A stretch of 64,000 bases of DNA from a virus. The stretch is from the UHGV virus genome UHGV-0277313; one strand, given 5' to 3'. Positions within the stretch are counted from its first letter, which is position 1. Each line of letters starts with the position of its first letter. The position numbers and the translations under genes were made by a program. Shown here one piece after another: positions 1 through 9,467 of this stretch. Under the pieces are notes generated by a model that ran no database searches, was not told where the DNA came from, and saw only the letters and a list, made by a program, of their open reading frames with translations.

Positions 1-260
1 CTGGTGACATTAACATTACTTCAGATGATATTACGACAAACGCGCCAGTGCATGCGGCTTCTTTAGATGCATATGCTGTAACAACTATAAATCTGTCAGC
101 TAGTTCAGCAAAAGTTCGCGGAAGTTTTCAAGGAAGTTTGAATGGGGGTAGTAGTTTTGCTTCTATTGCAACAGGAATTCAAGGCGATTACCCTGAAGTA
201 ATTTGTCCAAAACCAGCTGTAGATAAACCTGTAGCGCCAGATCTAGATTTTAAAGGTTGA
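1..260 (+). CDS. C-terminal end of an upstream gene (partial; Ser/Gly/Thr-rich, structural-like)
   Basis: The reading frame is open from the window edge to a stop at 258-260. Composition resembles a fibre or structural protein. Confidence 0.3.
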   Translation, partial: GDINITSDDITTNAPVHAASLDAYAVTTINLSASSAKVRGSFQGSLNGGSSFASIATGIQGDYPEVICPKPAVDKPVAPDLDFKG

Positions 261-263
261 TAA

Positions 264-2852
264 ATGACTGAGATTTCCGAAATAACAAAACTTCCGTATT
301 ACGAAGAAAAAAGTGATTTAGAGTATACTTCTGTTAATGAAGAAGTGTACGGGGAAATTGTTAAAGATGTTAATGGTACATTAAGTGCAGACTCAACATA
401 TAAATACCCTATTTATGAAAAAAGTGGTGATTTTGACAAATCAAACTCTGATTTGACAGTTATTGACGGATACTATTATTATTTACGTCCTTTTCCTGTC
501 GAAGGTGTATATGTTTTAGAAATTTATAGAAGAAACGATGAATATAAAGAATTAGAAGCACAAATATCAAATTATAAAGAGATGTTTGAGCATGATGGTG
601 AAGTTGAAAAGACATATATAGAAAAAAGAAACAACATTGTAAATAAGAAAGATGTTCGTGGAAAGTCTTTGCTAGATTGGAATAAACAGTTTATTGAATC
701 AAGAGATTATTTAATCGAACATTTAACAAATAGTTCAGATTATTTAGAGTCAGTTGATAAGTCAAATAATATAGATGCATTTAATGAGAAGCAAAACGTG
801 TTGAATGATGAAAGCGCAACACAAGAACAAAAAGATGCAGCAATTAAAAAATATAACGATACAATAACTGAATATCATAATAAGTTGTTGAATTTTAAGA
901 CTAAATTAGATTTGTATTCAACGTATTTGTCTTTGTATAATGTTATGTTTACAGATGTAAACCATGTTGTACCAAATACAGATACGGAAGCTGTTGAAAA
1001 TCAAAAGCAACAATATAAGAAAATTGAATCTGAATTCAAAGACGATTGTTTGTTTTTAACAAAATGTTCCTCACCTTTAATTTGGGTTGCTGAATTAAAA
1101 AAGGTTTCACCTGGTAAATTAACTGATTTTTCCGGAAGTAGGAGTAATGTGCAATCTGGTGTTTCAAATCTTTATGATGTAGATACAAAATTTTATGATC
1201 AGAAGATAAATGCTGAAAAAGAGAGGCCAAAATATGAAGAGGCTAAGAAAAAGATTGAAAAATATGGTGCTTCTAGTAAAGATAAAAAGTTTTTAGCATA
1301 TAAATTTATTAACCGTAAAGAAGATTTAGCTGACTCATATGGTTTGTATCGTGTAGTGTCTATTCAAGGTGATTCATATAGTATAGAAGTTAATTCAAAA
1401 CAGTCTATAGGTAATCAAATAAAGAAAAGTTTAGGTGTTGTAAATAATAAAAAATTCGACACTAGTTGGGTTACACCAAATAGGTATTTTATAGGGTTTG
1501 AGAAATTAGCATCTGGTACACCTGTATTTACAGTATCATCTTGTGATGATGATATTGCAAATGTTATATTAAAATATGAATATCGCGGGAATAATTCAGC
1601 GCCAACTATTGTTGACACAAAAAGTAGTTATGATACAGAAGGTTGTGATTCGACGAAGCGTTTCAGAACAACTTTTCAATTTTTCAGTGAAACGAAATCA
1701 TATAGAACAACAACAACGGATAGTAAAGGTAGTTTACAGGATTCAGTACGTTATAATTTGTTTGATGCTGTTGAACCTTATCCTGTAGTTGATAAAGTAG
1801 AAGTTAAACAGATTACCAAAAAACAATGGCAAGAGTTGCCAGCAAAAGAAAGATTAAAGTATCATAAAATTGGTACACCAACAATGGATGAACGGTTGCA
1901 AGAAATTTTAGGTGCATTAGAAGATGTGAAGCCAATTATTTCATCATTAATGCCTGTTCAGCAAATAATGGGTTCATTGCAGCCTTTCGTTGGTGTTTTA
2001 GAATCAACAAAATCAACTATAGATACTGTAAAAACAACAATAGGTACAGTAAAATCAACAATTGATAAAATTGCTAGTATGCCGATTGTTGGTGTAGTTG
2101 CTTCTCCTTTACAGAGTATTCTTGATATTATAACTAATTTAGCAGGTGTTTTTGCACAATTCTATATGCAGAATTATGAATTGATTAAAAAGATTCGTGA
2201 TATTAAAGAAGCAATAGATCCAGAAAATATAAAAAAGAAATTAAAAGAAGTTAAAGAAGTTATTGATGCAAATATTGATATGATTAAAGCAGAACGAGAA
2301 AAGATGAAAGCTTTAAAGAAGAATGGGTCACTTGAAGATATCGATAAAAAGAAAATGAATGTTGAATCACCGATCAAGGAAAATGATTTAGCAAAAGGTT
2401 CTGGAGCAGGTTTGTTTGCTGACTTTAATGCAAAAGCTTTAATACCAGCAATTCCAGATGAGATTTTAGAACAGATCGAACAAATCAAGACAACAATTGA
2501 TTCTTTTGAAACTTTGGCTGATACTGTTAATACAATGAAGGAATTAGGTGATTCTGTAGATCAGGCAATGACAACTATTTCAACCGTGAAAGCTGTATTA
2601 ACAGGAACGCCACCTCTGGAAATGGTGATGGATAATATTAGAACAGCAGCAAAACCGTCATTGGACGCGGCTTCATTGCAAATTAAAGATTTTGATAAAA
2701 AGCAAATAGCTTTAGCAGAAGCGGCAAAAGCTTCAAGAGAGAACGCATTGAAATATGAGATAAAAGAGAACGTTCCTATTGAAACACCATTTCCTGAAGC
2801 GGTCGATGAGCAAACAATAAAAGCAAGAACGAGTCCAAAAATTGAGGGGTAG
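264..2852 (+). CDS. large hypothetical protein (862 aa), coiled-coil rich; possibly a virion or internal protein
   Basis: A long ORF with an ATG shortly after the upstream stop and K/E-rich heptad-like segments. No catalytic motif was recognised. Confidence 0.6.
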   Translation: MTEISEITKLPYYEEKSDLEYTSVNEEVYGEIVKDVNGTLSADSTYKYPIYEKSGDFDKSNSDLTVIDGYYYYLRPFPVEGVYVLEIYRRNDEYKELEAQISNYKEMFEHDGEVEKTYIEKRNNIVNKKDVRGKSLLDWNKQFIESRDYLIEHLTNSSDYLESVDKSNNIDAFNEKQNVLNDESATQEQKDAAIKKYNDTITEYHNKLLNFKTKLDLYSTYLSLYNVMFTDVNHVVPNTDTEAVENQKQQYKKIESEFKDDCLFLTKCSSPLIWVAELKKVSPGKLTDFSGSRSNVQSGVSNLYDVDTKFYDQKINAEKERPKYEEAKKKIEKYGASSKDKKFLAYKFINRKEDLADSYGLYRVVSIQGDSYSIEVNSKQSIGNQIKKSLGVVNNKKFDTSWVTPNRYFIGFEKLASGTPVFTVSSCDDDIANVILKYEYRGNNSAPTIVDTKSSYDTEGCDSTKRFRTTFQFFSETKSYRTTTTDSKGSLQDSVRYNLFDAVEPYPVVDKVEVKQITKKQWQELPAKERLKYHKIGTPTMDERLQEILGALEDVKPIISSLMPVQQIMGSLQPFVGVLESTKSTIDTVKTTIGTVKSTIDKIASMPIVGVVASPLQSILDIITNLAGVFAQFYMQNYELIKKIRDIKEAIDPENIKKKLKEVKEVIDANIDMIKAEREKMKALKKNGSLEDIDKKKMNVESPIKENDLAKGSGAGLFADFNAKALIPAIPDEILEQIEQIKTTIDSFETLADTVNTMKELGDSVDQAMTTISTVKAVLTGTPPLEMVMDNIRTAAKPSLDAASLQIKDFDKKQIALAEAAKASRENALKYEIKENVPIETPFPEAVDEQTIKARTSPKIEG

Positions 2853-2854
2853 TT

Positions 2855-3115
2855 ATGAATACTTTATTTGAAAATGTAAAAAAACAATTTCTTTTAGAAG
2901 TGAAACAAGGAAAGTTAAGGAATCTTTTAGGTGTACCTGAAGATAAGCAAATAGAAGATGTTTATACATCAGGTAAGAAGTTAGCTGAAGATTTATTAAA
3001 GAAGGTTGATTATGAATCTGCAATAAAGATGTTGGTATTTGCAGCAAACATGAATCCTGAAATAAAAGTTTTAAAATCTGCTGTAAATGCTTGCAAACGT
3101 TTAAATGATCAATAA
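2855..3115 (+). CDS. hypothetical protein
   Basis: ORF with RBS GAGGGG 8 nt upstream of the ATG. Confidence 0.45.
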   Translation: MNTLFENVKKQFLLEVKQGKLRNLLGVPEDKQIEDVYTSGKKLAEDLLKKVDYESAIKMLVFAANMNPEIKVLKSAVNACKRLNDQ

Positions 3116-3173
3116 AAGGTTCTTCATTGATAGTCTATTTGCTTTTGGCTAAAGCAATTAAAGTAGAATTATC

Positions 3174-3485
3174 ATGTCTAGTGAAAAAGATTTTATAGAA
3201 TTTTTAATATTCATGAATAAATTTGTAGTTTTATGGGAACTGCTTAAATATTCACCTGATTCATGGGAAAGTTATTCTATTGTAGAAGATGAAAAAACTT
3301 TATGTTGTTCACTGGTAGATAAAGATGGCAATGAAATTACAGATGATATTTTAGATAATTTTGTTGAAATTTCTTTAAATAGTGTAGGTAAAGTTTTTTA
3401 TGAACGGTATATTTCAGGAGAGTTCTTTAAGAAAGAAGAGATTGCTGAAATCATAAGAGATGGGTTGCATTTCAAATATTTGTGA
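3174..3485 (+). CDS. hypothetical protein
   Basis: ORF in the co-directional block. Confidence 0.4.
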   Translation: MSSEKDFIEFLIFMNKFVVLWELLKYSPDSWESYSIVEDEKTLCCSLVDKDGNEITDDILDNFVEISLNSVGKVFYERYISGEFFKKEEIAEIIRDGLHFKYL

Positions 3486-3492
3486 GATTGTC

Positions 3493-4410
3493 ATGACAGA
3501 AAATAAAGAAACATTAATAGATGTTAACGATTTTGTATTATGTCCAAATGGTGAGTTAGGTATAATACAATGTTTTTTGTCAGATGAACTTGCGCAGGTC
3601 AAGAATTCTTTTGGCGTTAAATCGTTTAAAACTGAAAATTTGGTTAAACTAAAAAATATTTTTAAAGAAGATGAACAATCAAATCCTTATTTTCGTGATG
3701 AGTTAAATCCTGATTTGTTTGAAGATATGAGATTGATTCCTGAAGTAAAAGAATCAATTTTAAATATTGTAAACGAGTTTGTTAAAGAGATTGAAGATGA
3801 AGAGTTTAAATTACCAATTGTTGATATTGAGATAGTCGGTTCAAACGCTTCTTACAACTATACAGAGTTGTCAGATGTTGATGTTCATATAGTTGCAGAT
3901 ATTGAGAAAATAGAAACAGCAAAAACAAATGATTTTTTTGTAAAAAGTTATTTTGATGCAAAAAGAAAAATATTCTTTCAGCAACACGACATTCGTATAA
4001 AAGGTCATCCAATTGAACTTTATATCGAAGATTCTAGAACGCCTGGTGTTTATAATGGTGTTTATTCAGTTTTAAATAATAGATGGATTCAAGTTCCGTC
4101 AAAGGAAAAGGTTCAAATTAATACAACAGTTGTTCAGAATAAATTTGATAAATATCACGTAGAGATTTCAAGTTTAATCAATGAGCCTGGTCATATTAAA
4201 GAAGCTTTAAAAGTTTATAAACATTTATTTGATATGCGTAAATCTGGTTTGAAGAATGGCGGAGAGTTTTCGTCAGAAAATATTGTTTTTAAGAAGTTAC
4301 GTGATGCTGATCTGATTGATCGTTTAAGAGATTATATGTATAAAGAAAGAGATAAAGAACTTTCTTTAGAATCAGCAGAACAAGTTATAAAAGAAATATT
4401 TGTTGTTTAA
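3493..4410 (+). CDS. nucleotidyltransferase-fold protein (minimal NTase/KNTase/SMODS-like)
   Basis: Motif IVGSNASYNYTELSDVDVHIV matches the G-S-x(10)-DxD pattern of the Pol-beta NTase fold. An internal Met (MTENK...) is preferred as the start. Confidence 0.5.
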   Translation: MTENKETLIDVNDFVLCPNGELGIIQCFLSDELAQVKNSFGVKSFKTENLVKLKNIFKEDEQSNPYFRDELNPDLFEDMRLIPEVKESILNIVNEFVKEIEDEEFKLPIVDIEIVGSNASYNYTELSDVDVHIVADIEKIETAKTNDFFVKSYFDAKRKIFFQQHDIRIKGHPIELYIEDSRTPGVYNGVYSVLNNRWIQVPSKEKVQINTTVVQNKFDKYHVEISSLINEPGHIKEALKVYKHLFDMRKSGLKNGGEFSSENIVFKKLRDADLIDRLRDYMYKERDKELSLESAEQVIKEIFVV

Positions 4411-4421
4411 AGGTTTTCGTC

Positions 4422-5027
4422 ATGGGAAATGAAACATTCAATGGTAAAGTATTACAAGCTTTAGATTTAAAAGCGGATAAAGATTTGTTGAACGTTTCTT
4501 CGGAAACGTTACAAACAAAAGTTGAAGCTACATTGTATATGCTTGAACGTTTACCTAATTCTGAATACAGGTTTGTTCATAGATTAGAAAATCCAAAATT
4601 GTCTTTATACATTGAAGGCAGTGTTATTTATGATTCTGAAACAAAAACAACATATGTTAAAACAATCGACGGTCATGAGAAATTAGTCTATGCATCGCAA
4701 GTTCCAGCAGTTACAGAATATTGGTCAGATGGTGTTGGAAATTGGTATTGTAAATGGAATAATGGTTTGTTAGAACAAGGTGGTGTTGTTGAGGGAAACG
4801 GTAATTTTGGTGCAACAACAATTACAATGAAAAAATCTTTTCTAAATACAAATTATTCTTTAATAGTTACACCAAATTTAGAAAATGAATCAATTTTTAC
4901 TAATACTGATGCAATCGGAACGACAGCTTATCTTGCGGATGTTGCTGGTGTAGTTACAAATAAAACAGTGAATAGTTTTAAAATTTCTTCAAGATCAACG
5001 CATTGTTGGTTCGCTAAAGGATTTTAA
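4422..5027 (+). CDS. hypothetical protein
   Basis: ORF; no motif recognised. Confidence 0.45.
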   Translation: MGNETFNGKVLQALDLKADKDLLNVSSETLQTKVEATLYMLERLPNSEYRFVHRLENPKLSLYIEGSVIYDSETKTTYVKTIDGHEKLVYASQVPAVTEYWSDGVGNWYCKWNNGLLEQGGVVEGNGNFGATTITMKKSFLNTNYSLIVTPNLENESIFTNTDAIGTTAYLADVAGVVTNKTVNSFKISSRSTHCWFAKGF

Positions 5028-5065
5028 AAACTTCACACAAATCAATGAAATTTTAAGAAAAACAC

Positions 5066-5094
5066 TTGCAAAATTTCATCATTTGAGTTAATAT
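5066..5094 (+). promoter_or_regulatory. sigma70-like promoter (TTGCAA-N17-TAATAT) upstream of tnpB
   Basis: The hexamers with a 17-nt spacer are read directly from the sequence. Confidence 0.45.
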
Positions 5095-5123
5095 ATTAAA
5101 TTGAGAAAAGAAGCAAGAGAAAA

Positions 5124-6311
5124 ATGATTCGTAGCTCTGCATTGACGTTAAAATTTGCAACAAGCAAAAAGTTGAACACATTGGATTTGGTGTTCAATGA
5201 ATATGCCCGTGTTGTGAATTTGTATATTGATGCCTTGAATCAAACAAAAGTACTGCCCAAATTTACTAATTTCAAAATGGGTACTTGGCTATCAGCCAGA
5301 TTGCAACAATGCGCTGGCAAACAAGCAACTGAAATTGTGAAATCCACAAGGAAGAAAGACAAAGAGATTCGTTTAAAGAAATACAAGAAAATCTATAAGT
5401 ATTTCTTAAATACACAACGGCAAAAGAAATTTATTGGTAAGAAATTCAGTGAATTAAATCTAAATTACAAAATAAAACCAAGATTTGATGGTAAAACAAT
5501 CAATTTGGATAATAGGTTTTGGTCTTTAAATACATCAACCAACTCATTTGATTATTGGGTTAAACTTGGTTCCATTGGTAATAAAATTGGTTTATTGCTT
5601 CCATTGAAAGAGCATAAACATAACAAGAAATTCAGTAATTGGAAACGAGCTGGTTCTTGCCGTCTGCTGAGAAATAACGGGAAATTTAAGATAGAGTTAA
5701 TTTATGAAAAAGCAACTCCTGTTATTCATAAACCAAATAAAATACTTGCAATAGATGCTGGAATTAATTGCCTGATGTCTTGTTCTGACGGGCGTCAGAT
5801 TGGATTGGAATTAAAGAAACTACTAAATGAACTTAACAAGAAACAACAAAAATCAAAATCATACAATCGCAAATTGAATCAGATACACAACTACGTCCGT
5901 TGGTGTGTCAATCAATTGGATTGGAGTAATCTGTCTGATTTGGTTATTGAAAATCTAAAATATATTCAGATTGGAACAAAACAAAAAGTGAACAAAGCAA
6001 CCCGTAGGTTGCTTTCTAAATGGAATTTGGGTTTATGGCATCGCGCTATAGAACAGAAATGCGAAGCAAACTGTGTTTGTTTGCATTATGTTGAACCTAG
6101 ATACACAAGCCAGACTTGTCCGCGTTGTGGTAACGTGGACAAGGGGAATCGGGATGGTGTGTTGTTTAGATGCACAAGTTGCGGCTATGAAGCCAATGCA
6201 GATTTGAACGCGTCTATCAATATACTGAACCGATTTCGTCAGGAGAGGTTGAATTTATCAGCCGATATAGTCCCTGATATGGCAAAAGCTGATTTCATTG
6301 TTTTTCATTAA
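5124..6311 (+). CDS. tnpB: TnpB (IS200/IS605 OrfB family RuvC-like nuclease)
   Basis: RuvC-I AIDAGIN, RuvC-II VIENL and RuvC-III NADLNASINI motifs are present. A zinc finger CPRCG...CTSCG is also present. No adjacent tnpA. Confidence 0.8.
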   Translation: MIRSSALTLKFATSKKLNTLDLVFNEYARVVNLYIDALNQTKVLPKFTNFKMGTWLSARLQQCAGKQATEIVKSTRKKDKEIRLKKYKKIYKYFLNTQRQKKFIGKKFSELNLNYKIKPRFDGKTINLDNRFWSLNTSTNSFDYWVKLGSIGNKIGLLLPLKEHKHNKKFSNWKRAGSCRLLRNNGKFKIELIYEKATPVIHKPNKILAIDAGINCLMSCSDGRQIGLELKKLLNELNKKQQKSKSYNRKLNQIHNYVRWCVNQLDWSNLSDLVIENLKYIQIGTKQKVNKATRRLLSKWNLGLWHRAIEQKCEANCVCLHYVEPRYTSQTCPRCGNVDKGNRDGVLFRCTSCGYEANADLNASINILNRFRQERLNLSADIVPDMAKADFIVFH

Positions 6312-6330
6312 AATTGGAGACTATAGCGGG

Positions 6331-7284
6331 ATGAATATTTTAGTTACTGGTGCTGCTGGTTTTATTGGTTCACATTTGTTTAATAAGTTGTGCAACAATA
6401 AACATACAGTTGTTGGTATTGATAGTTTTACTGGCGATCTTTCTTTAAAAGATATTAAAGAATCTAGAGTTGATAACTTTTTAAGTAAAAGTGGTTTATT
6501 TAAAAAATGTGATATTTTTGATGAATATCTAAATACATTATTCGAACAATATAAATTTGATGTTGTGATACATTTAGCAGCACATTCAGGAGTTCGTGCT
6601 AGTCTTTTAGCACCTGAAGAGTATTATAGAAATAATGTTTTAGGTACTAATCATTTACTAAATCTGATGGTCAAGCATGATTGTAAAAACATTGTTTTTG
6701 CTTCATCATCATCTGTATATGGAAATTGTAAAGATGTAGAATTTAAAGAAACTGCGGTAGGTTTAAAACCTATATCACCGTATGCAGCAACAAAATTGGC
6801 ATGTGAAGAAATGCTTTTTACATATCATAATTTATATGAAATGAATGTTTCATGTTTACGTTTCTTTACTGTATACGGTCCAGAACAAAGACCAGATTTA
6901 GCAATACATAAATTTACAAATAAAATTCTTAATAAAGAAGTTATCAGTGTATTCGGAGATGGTCATAATGTTCGTGACTATACATATATTGATGACATTG
7001 TGAATGGAATCGTTTCTGCTATAAATTATACAGTCTATAATAAAGACGTTTACGATATATTTAATTTAGGTGGTGGAGAGCCTATTAGCATAACTGAAAT
7101 GATTCGTGTGATTGCTTGTAATTTAGGAGAAATTCCTGAAGTTGTTCATGTGTCAATGCAACCTGGTGATGTTGAAAAAACAGTTAGTAATTGTGATAAA
7201 GCAAAAGAGTTGTTAGGGTATTCCCCTAAAGTATCTTTTAATGATGGTATAAAAGAATTTTTAAAATGGAAGTTAAAACATTGA
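6331..7284 (+). CDS. NAD-dependent sugar epimerase/dehydratase (extended SDR family, GalE-like)
   Basis: N-terminal GAAGFIGSH Rossmann motif and catalytic YAATK (YxxxK). RBS GGAG upstream of MNILVTG. Confidence 0.8.
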   Translation: MNILVTGAAGFIGSHLFNKLCNNKHTVVGIDSFTGDLSLKDIKESRVDNFLSKSGLFKKCDIFDEYLNTLFEQYKFDVVIHLAAHSGVRASLLAPEEYYRNNVLGTNHLLNLMVKHDCKNIVFASSSSVYGNCKDVEFKETAVGLKPISPYAATKLACEEMLFTYHNLYEMNVSCLRFFTVYGPEQRPDLAIHKFTNKILNKEVISVFGDGHNVRDYTYIDDIVNGIVSAINYTVYNKDVYDIFNLGGGEPISITEMIRVIACNLGEIPEVVHVSMQPGDVEKTVSNCDKAKELLGYSPKVSFNDGIKEFLKWKLKH

Positions 7285-8081
7285 ATATTTTGTATTCACT
7301 CGATGATAATTTCATTAATTATACGAAGACATCAATGTTGTCTTTATTAAATAATTCAAAAGAGTTCGTGAATTTTTATTTGTTAACAAATTCAGAAGTT
7401 ATTAGTGAAAAAGATTTTGATGTCTTAAGAAGAGTTCGAGATTGTAACATTAAGTTAGTTTTTGTGCCTGAATCAAAATATAAGTTTTTAGAATCAAGAA
7501 AAATGTTTCAGCATTTAAGTGTGGCAACGTATTTTCGTCATTTTGCATCAGAATTAATAGAAGATGTATCAAAAGCTGTTTATATAGATTCAGATACTTT
7601 AATTGTTAGTGATATAAATAATATACTTAATGAAAATGTTGGAAGTTTTGAGTATGTACGTGGTGTAGAAGATGCCGCATCAGAAAAGAAAATGAAATTG
7701 TGGGATATAAATAGATACATAAATGCAGGTGTTTTGTTAATGAATCTAGATTATGCAAGAAAAGATTTGAATGAGTTTTATGAAAAGATTGCATACTTTT
7801 ATCAAAGATTCGGAAATAAAACAATATCTGGCGATCAGGATATGTTAAATTTTGTATTTAGACCAAAGTATATTCCATTTAGATATAATTTATATCATCC
7901 TTTTTTTAATAAACAGTTTGTACCAGCCAGTTGTTCACAAGATGTTTATTACGAAGAGTGTAAAACACCTGTTGTTATACATTTTGTTGGTAGTAGAAAA
8001 CCGTGGATAAGTGACGTTACTCATCCCTATAAAAGTTTATGGGAAAGTACGTTTAATTTATTGCAACATTTAGATAATTAA
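7266..8081 (+). CDS. family-8 glycosyltransferase (LPS alpha-1,3-galactosyl/glucosyltransferase-like)
   Basis: DxD motif YIDSDTLIV, NAGVLLMNL and HF..SRKPW resemble GT8 (RfaJ/glycogenin fold). Confidence 0.7.
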   Translation: MEVKTLNILYSLDDNFINYTKTSMLSLLNNSKEFVNFYLLTNSEVISEKDFDVLRRVRDCNIKLVFVPESKYKFLESRKMFQHLSVATYFRHFASELIEDVSKAVYIDSDTLIVSDINNILNENVGSFEYVRGVEDAASEKKMKLWDINRYINAGVLLMNLDYARKDLNEFYEKIAYFYQRFGNKTISGDQDMLNFVFRPKYIPFRYNLYHPFFNKQFVPASCSQDVYYEECKTPVVIHFVGSRKPWISDVTHPYKSLWESTFNLLQHLDN

Positions 8082-8132
8082 GGGTTTGTTCTTTAATTCA
8101 GTTGTTTTTAATTTCTATTTAGGTGATTTAAT

Positions 8133-8954
8133 ATGTCTGAAGATAAAAAAGATATTGCCGGTGAATGGATTAGATTTAAACTTCAAGAAGCTTTAAAAAA
8201 AGATCCTTTGTATAAAGACAATGAAGAAAAGAAAGCTGTCATGAAAGATGATGAAGTCGATGTGCATGACGGGATTTCTGATTTTTTGTCACGTGTCTTA
8301 TCAAAAGATGACATTAAGAAATTCAATTATCTTAATGGGTTCAATCCAGAAAGAGAAATACATAAAGAAGTTGTTCCAAATCCTGAAAAAGAAAAGATTA
8401 AAGAATCTGTTTCTATTAAAGAAGATGGTGCAGATAATGTGGAAAACACGTCTGTTGCAAACGAGGATGAAGCTTCTGCCGTTTCAAATGTAAGTAATGT
8501 TGAGAGTGATTCAAAAGATGAATCAGGTGATTTAGATGCGACTTTAGATGTTACTGATGTTGATAACAATTCAGATGATGAAAGCGCTGATGAGTCAAGC
8601 GAGCCTGAAGAAGTAAAAAATAAGGGCGTTGGGGCTTTTGACCGCATTCTTGAAAAATGTGAAAAAGATGAAATCTTATCAAAAGCTATTGCAGCTTTGA
8701 ACGAGCCTGATATTGCTGAAGCAAGAAAATCTTTTTATGGTTGGTTCGATTCGTTTGACGATGAACATTCTTCAGAAGAAGTACCAACAGAAGATGAAAC
8801 TGTTTCTGATACTGATGAAGATTCAGAAGAAGATAAAGCTGCTGATGAAAAGCCAGTTGAAAATGCAGAAAACAGTACTGATGCTGGAAATGAAGAAGCT
8901 AAAAATAATTCCGAACAAGAAGATTCATCAGCTTTAGATGATTTGTTTGCATAA
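8133..8954 (+). CDS. highly acidic Asp/Glu/Ser-rich protein
   Basis: 273 aa with very low pI and low complexity. The ORFs nested within it are artefacts. Confidence 0.55.
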   Translation: MSEDKKDIAGEWIRFKLQEALKKDPLYKDNEEKKAVMKDDEVDVHDGISDFLSRVLSKDDIKKFNYLNGFNPEREIHKEVVPNPEKEKIKESVSIKEDGADNVENTSVANEDEASAVSNVSNVESDSKDESGDLDATLDVTDVDNNSDDESADESSEPEEVKNKGVGAFDRILEKCEKDEILSKAIAALNEPDIAEARKSFYGWFDSFDDEHSSEEVPTEDETVSDTDEDSEEDKAADEKPVENAENSTDAGNEEAKNNSEQEDSSALDDLFA

Positions 8955-8980
8955 ACTTTTAAGAATTAAAAACAACATGA

Positions 8981-9008
8981 AAAGGCTACTGTTAGTAGCC
9001 TTTTTTGT
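8981..9008 (+). terminator. rho-independent terminator
   Basis: Hairpin ggctact-gtt-agtagcc followed by TTTTTT. Confidence 0.6.
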
Positions 9009-9131
9009 TTCAAAGCTAAATTTTATTATATTTTTTAAAAAAGTTCTTGACATGTTATATGTTTTATGTAATTCTTATTTTCGAAAAGGGAGTTTATCTT
9101 CCTTTAGGTTAAACTATATCGGAGACTATTT

Positions 9132-9395
9132 ATGATTAAATCTGAATTTGCTACAAAAGTTGCTGAAAAGACTGAATTGACAAAAGCTAAAGGTGCTGAA
9201 GTCGTTGAAGCTATGTTGAGCACTTTGGTCGAAGCTTTGAAGGCTGGCGAAGAAGTTAACTTCCTAGGTTTTGGTAAGTTTGAAGTACAGACAGTTAAGG
9301 CTCGTCAGTCCCGTAATCCTCGTACAGGTGAAAAGATTATGGTTCCTGAACATAAACGTGTTCGCTTTAAAGTCAGCAAAAAATTAGAAGTTTAA
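9132..9395 (+). CDS. HU/IHF-family DNA-binding protein
   Basis: 87 aa with the conserved HU arm GFGKFEV and the R..RNPRTGE motif. Confidence 0.85.
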   Translation: MIKSEFATKVAEKTELTKAKGAEVVEAMLSTLVEALKAGEEVNFLGFGKFEVQTVKARQSRNPRTGEKIMVPEHKRVRFKVSKKLEV

Positions 9396-9412
9396 TAAAT
9401 TAAAGATGTTTG

Positions 9413-9456
9413 AGAGGTACCCGGTATTGTTCTATATGCCGGGTACCTTTTTTTAT
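9413..9456 (+). terminator. rho-independent terminator
   Basis: GC stem ggtacccgg/ccgggtacc followed by a T7 run. Confidence 0.7.
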
Positions 9457-9467
9457 AGGCTAATTTA

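Noticed and set aside
8248-8937. Nested ORFs inside the acidic-protein gene (8248..8493 +, 8327..8647 -, 8713..8937 +)
   Set aside because: They are alternative-frame artefacts of the low-complexity GA-rich coding sequence.
9040-9080. Possible promoter TTGACA upstream of the HU gene
   Set aside because: A TTGACA is present, but no acceptable -10 hexamer was found at a 16-18 nt spacing.
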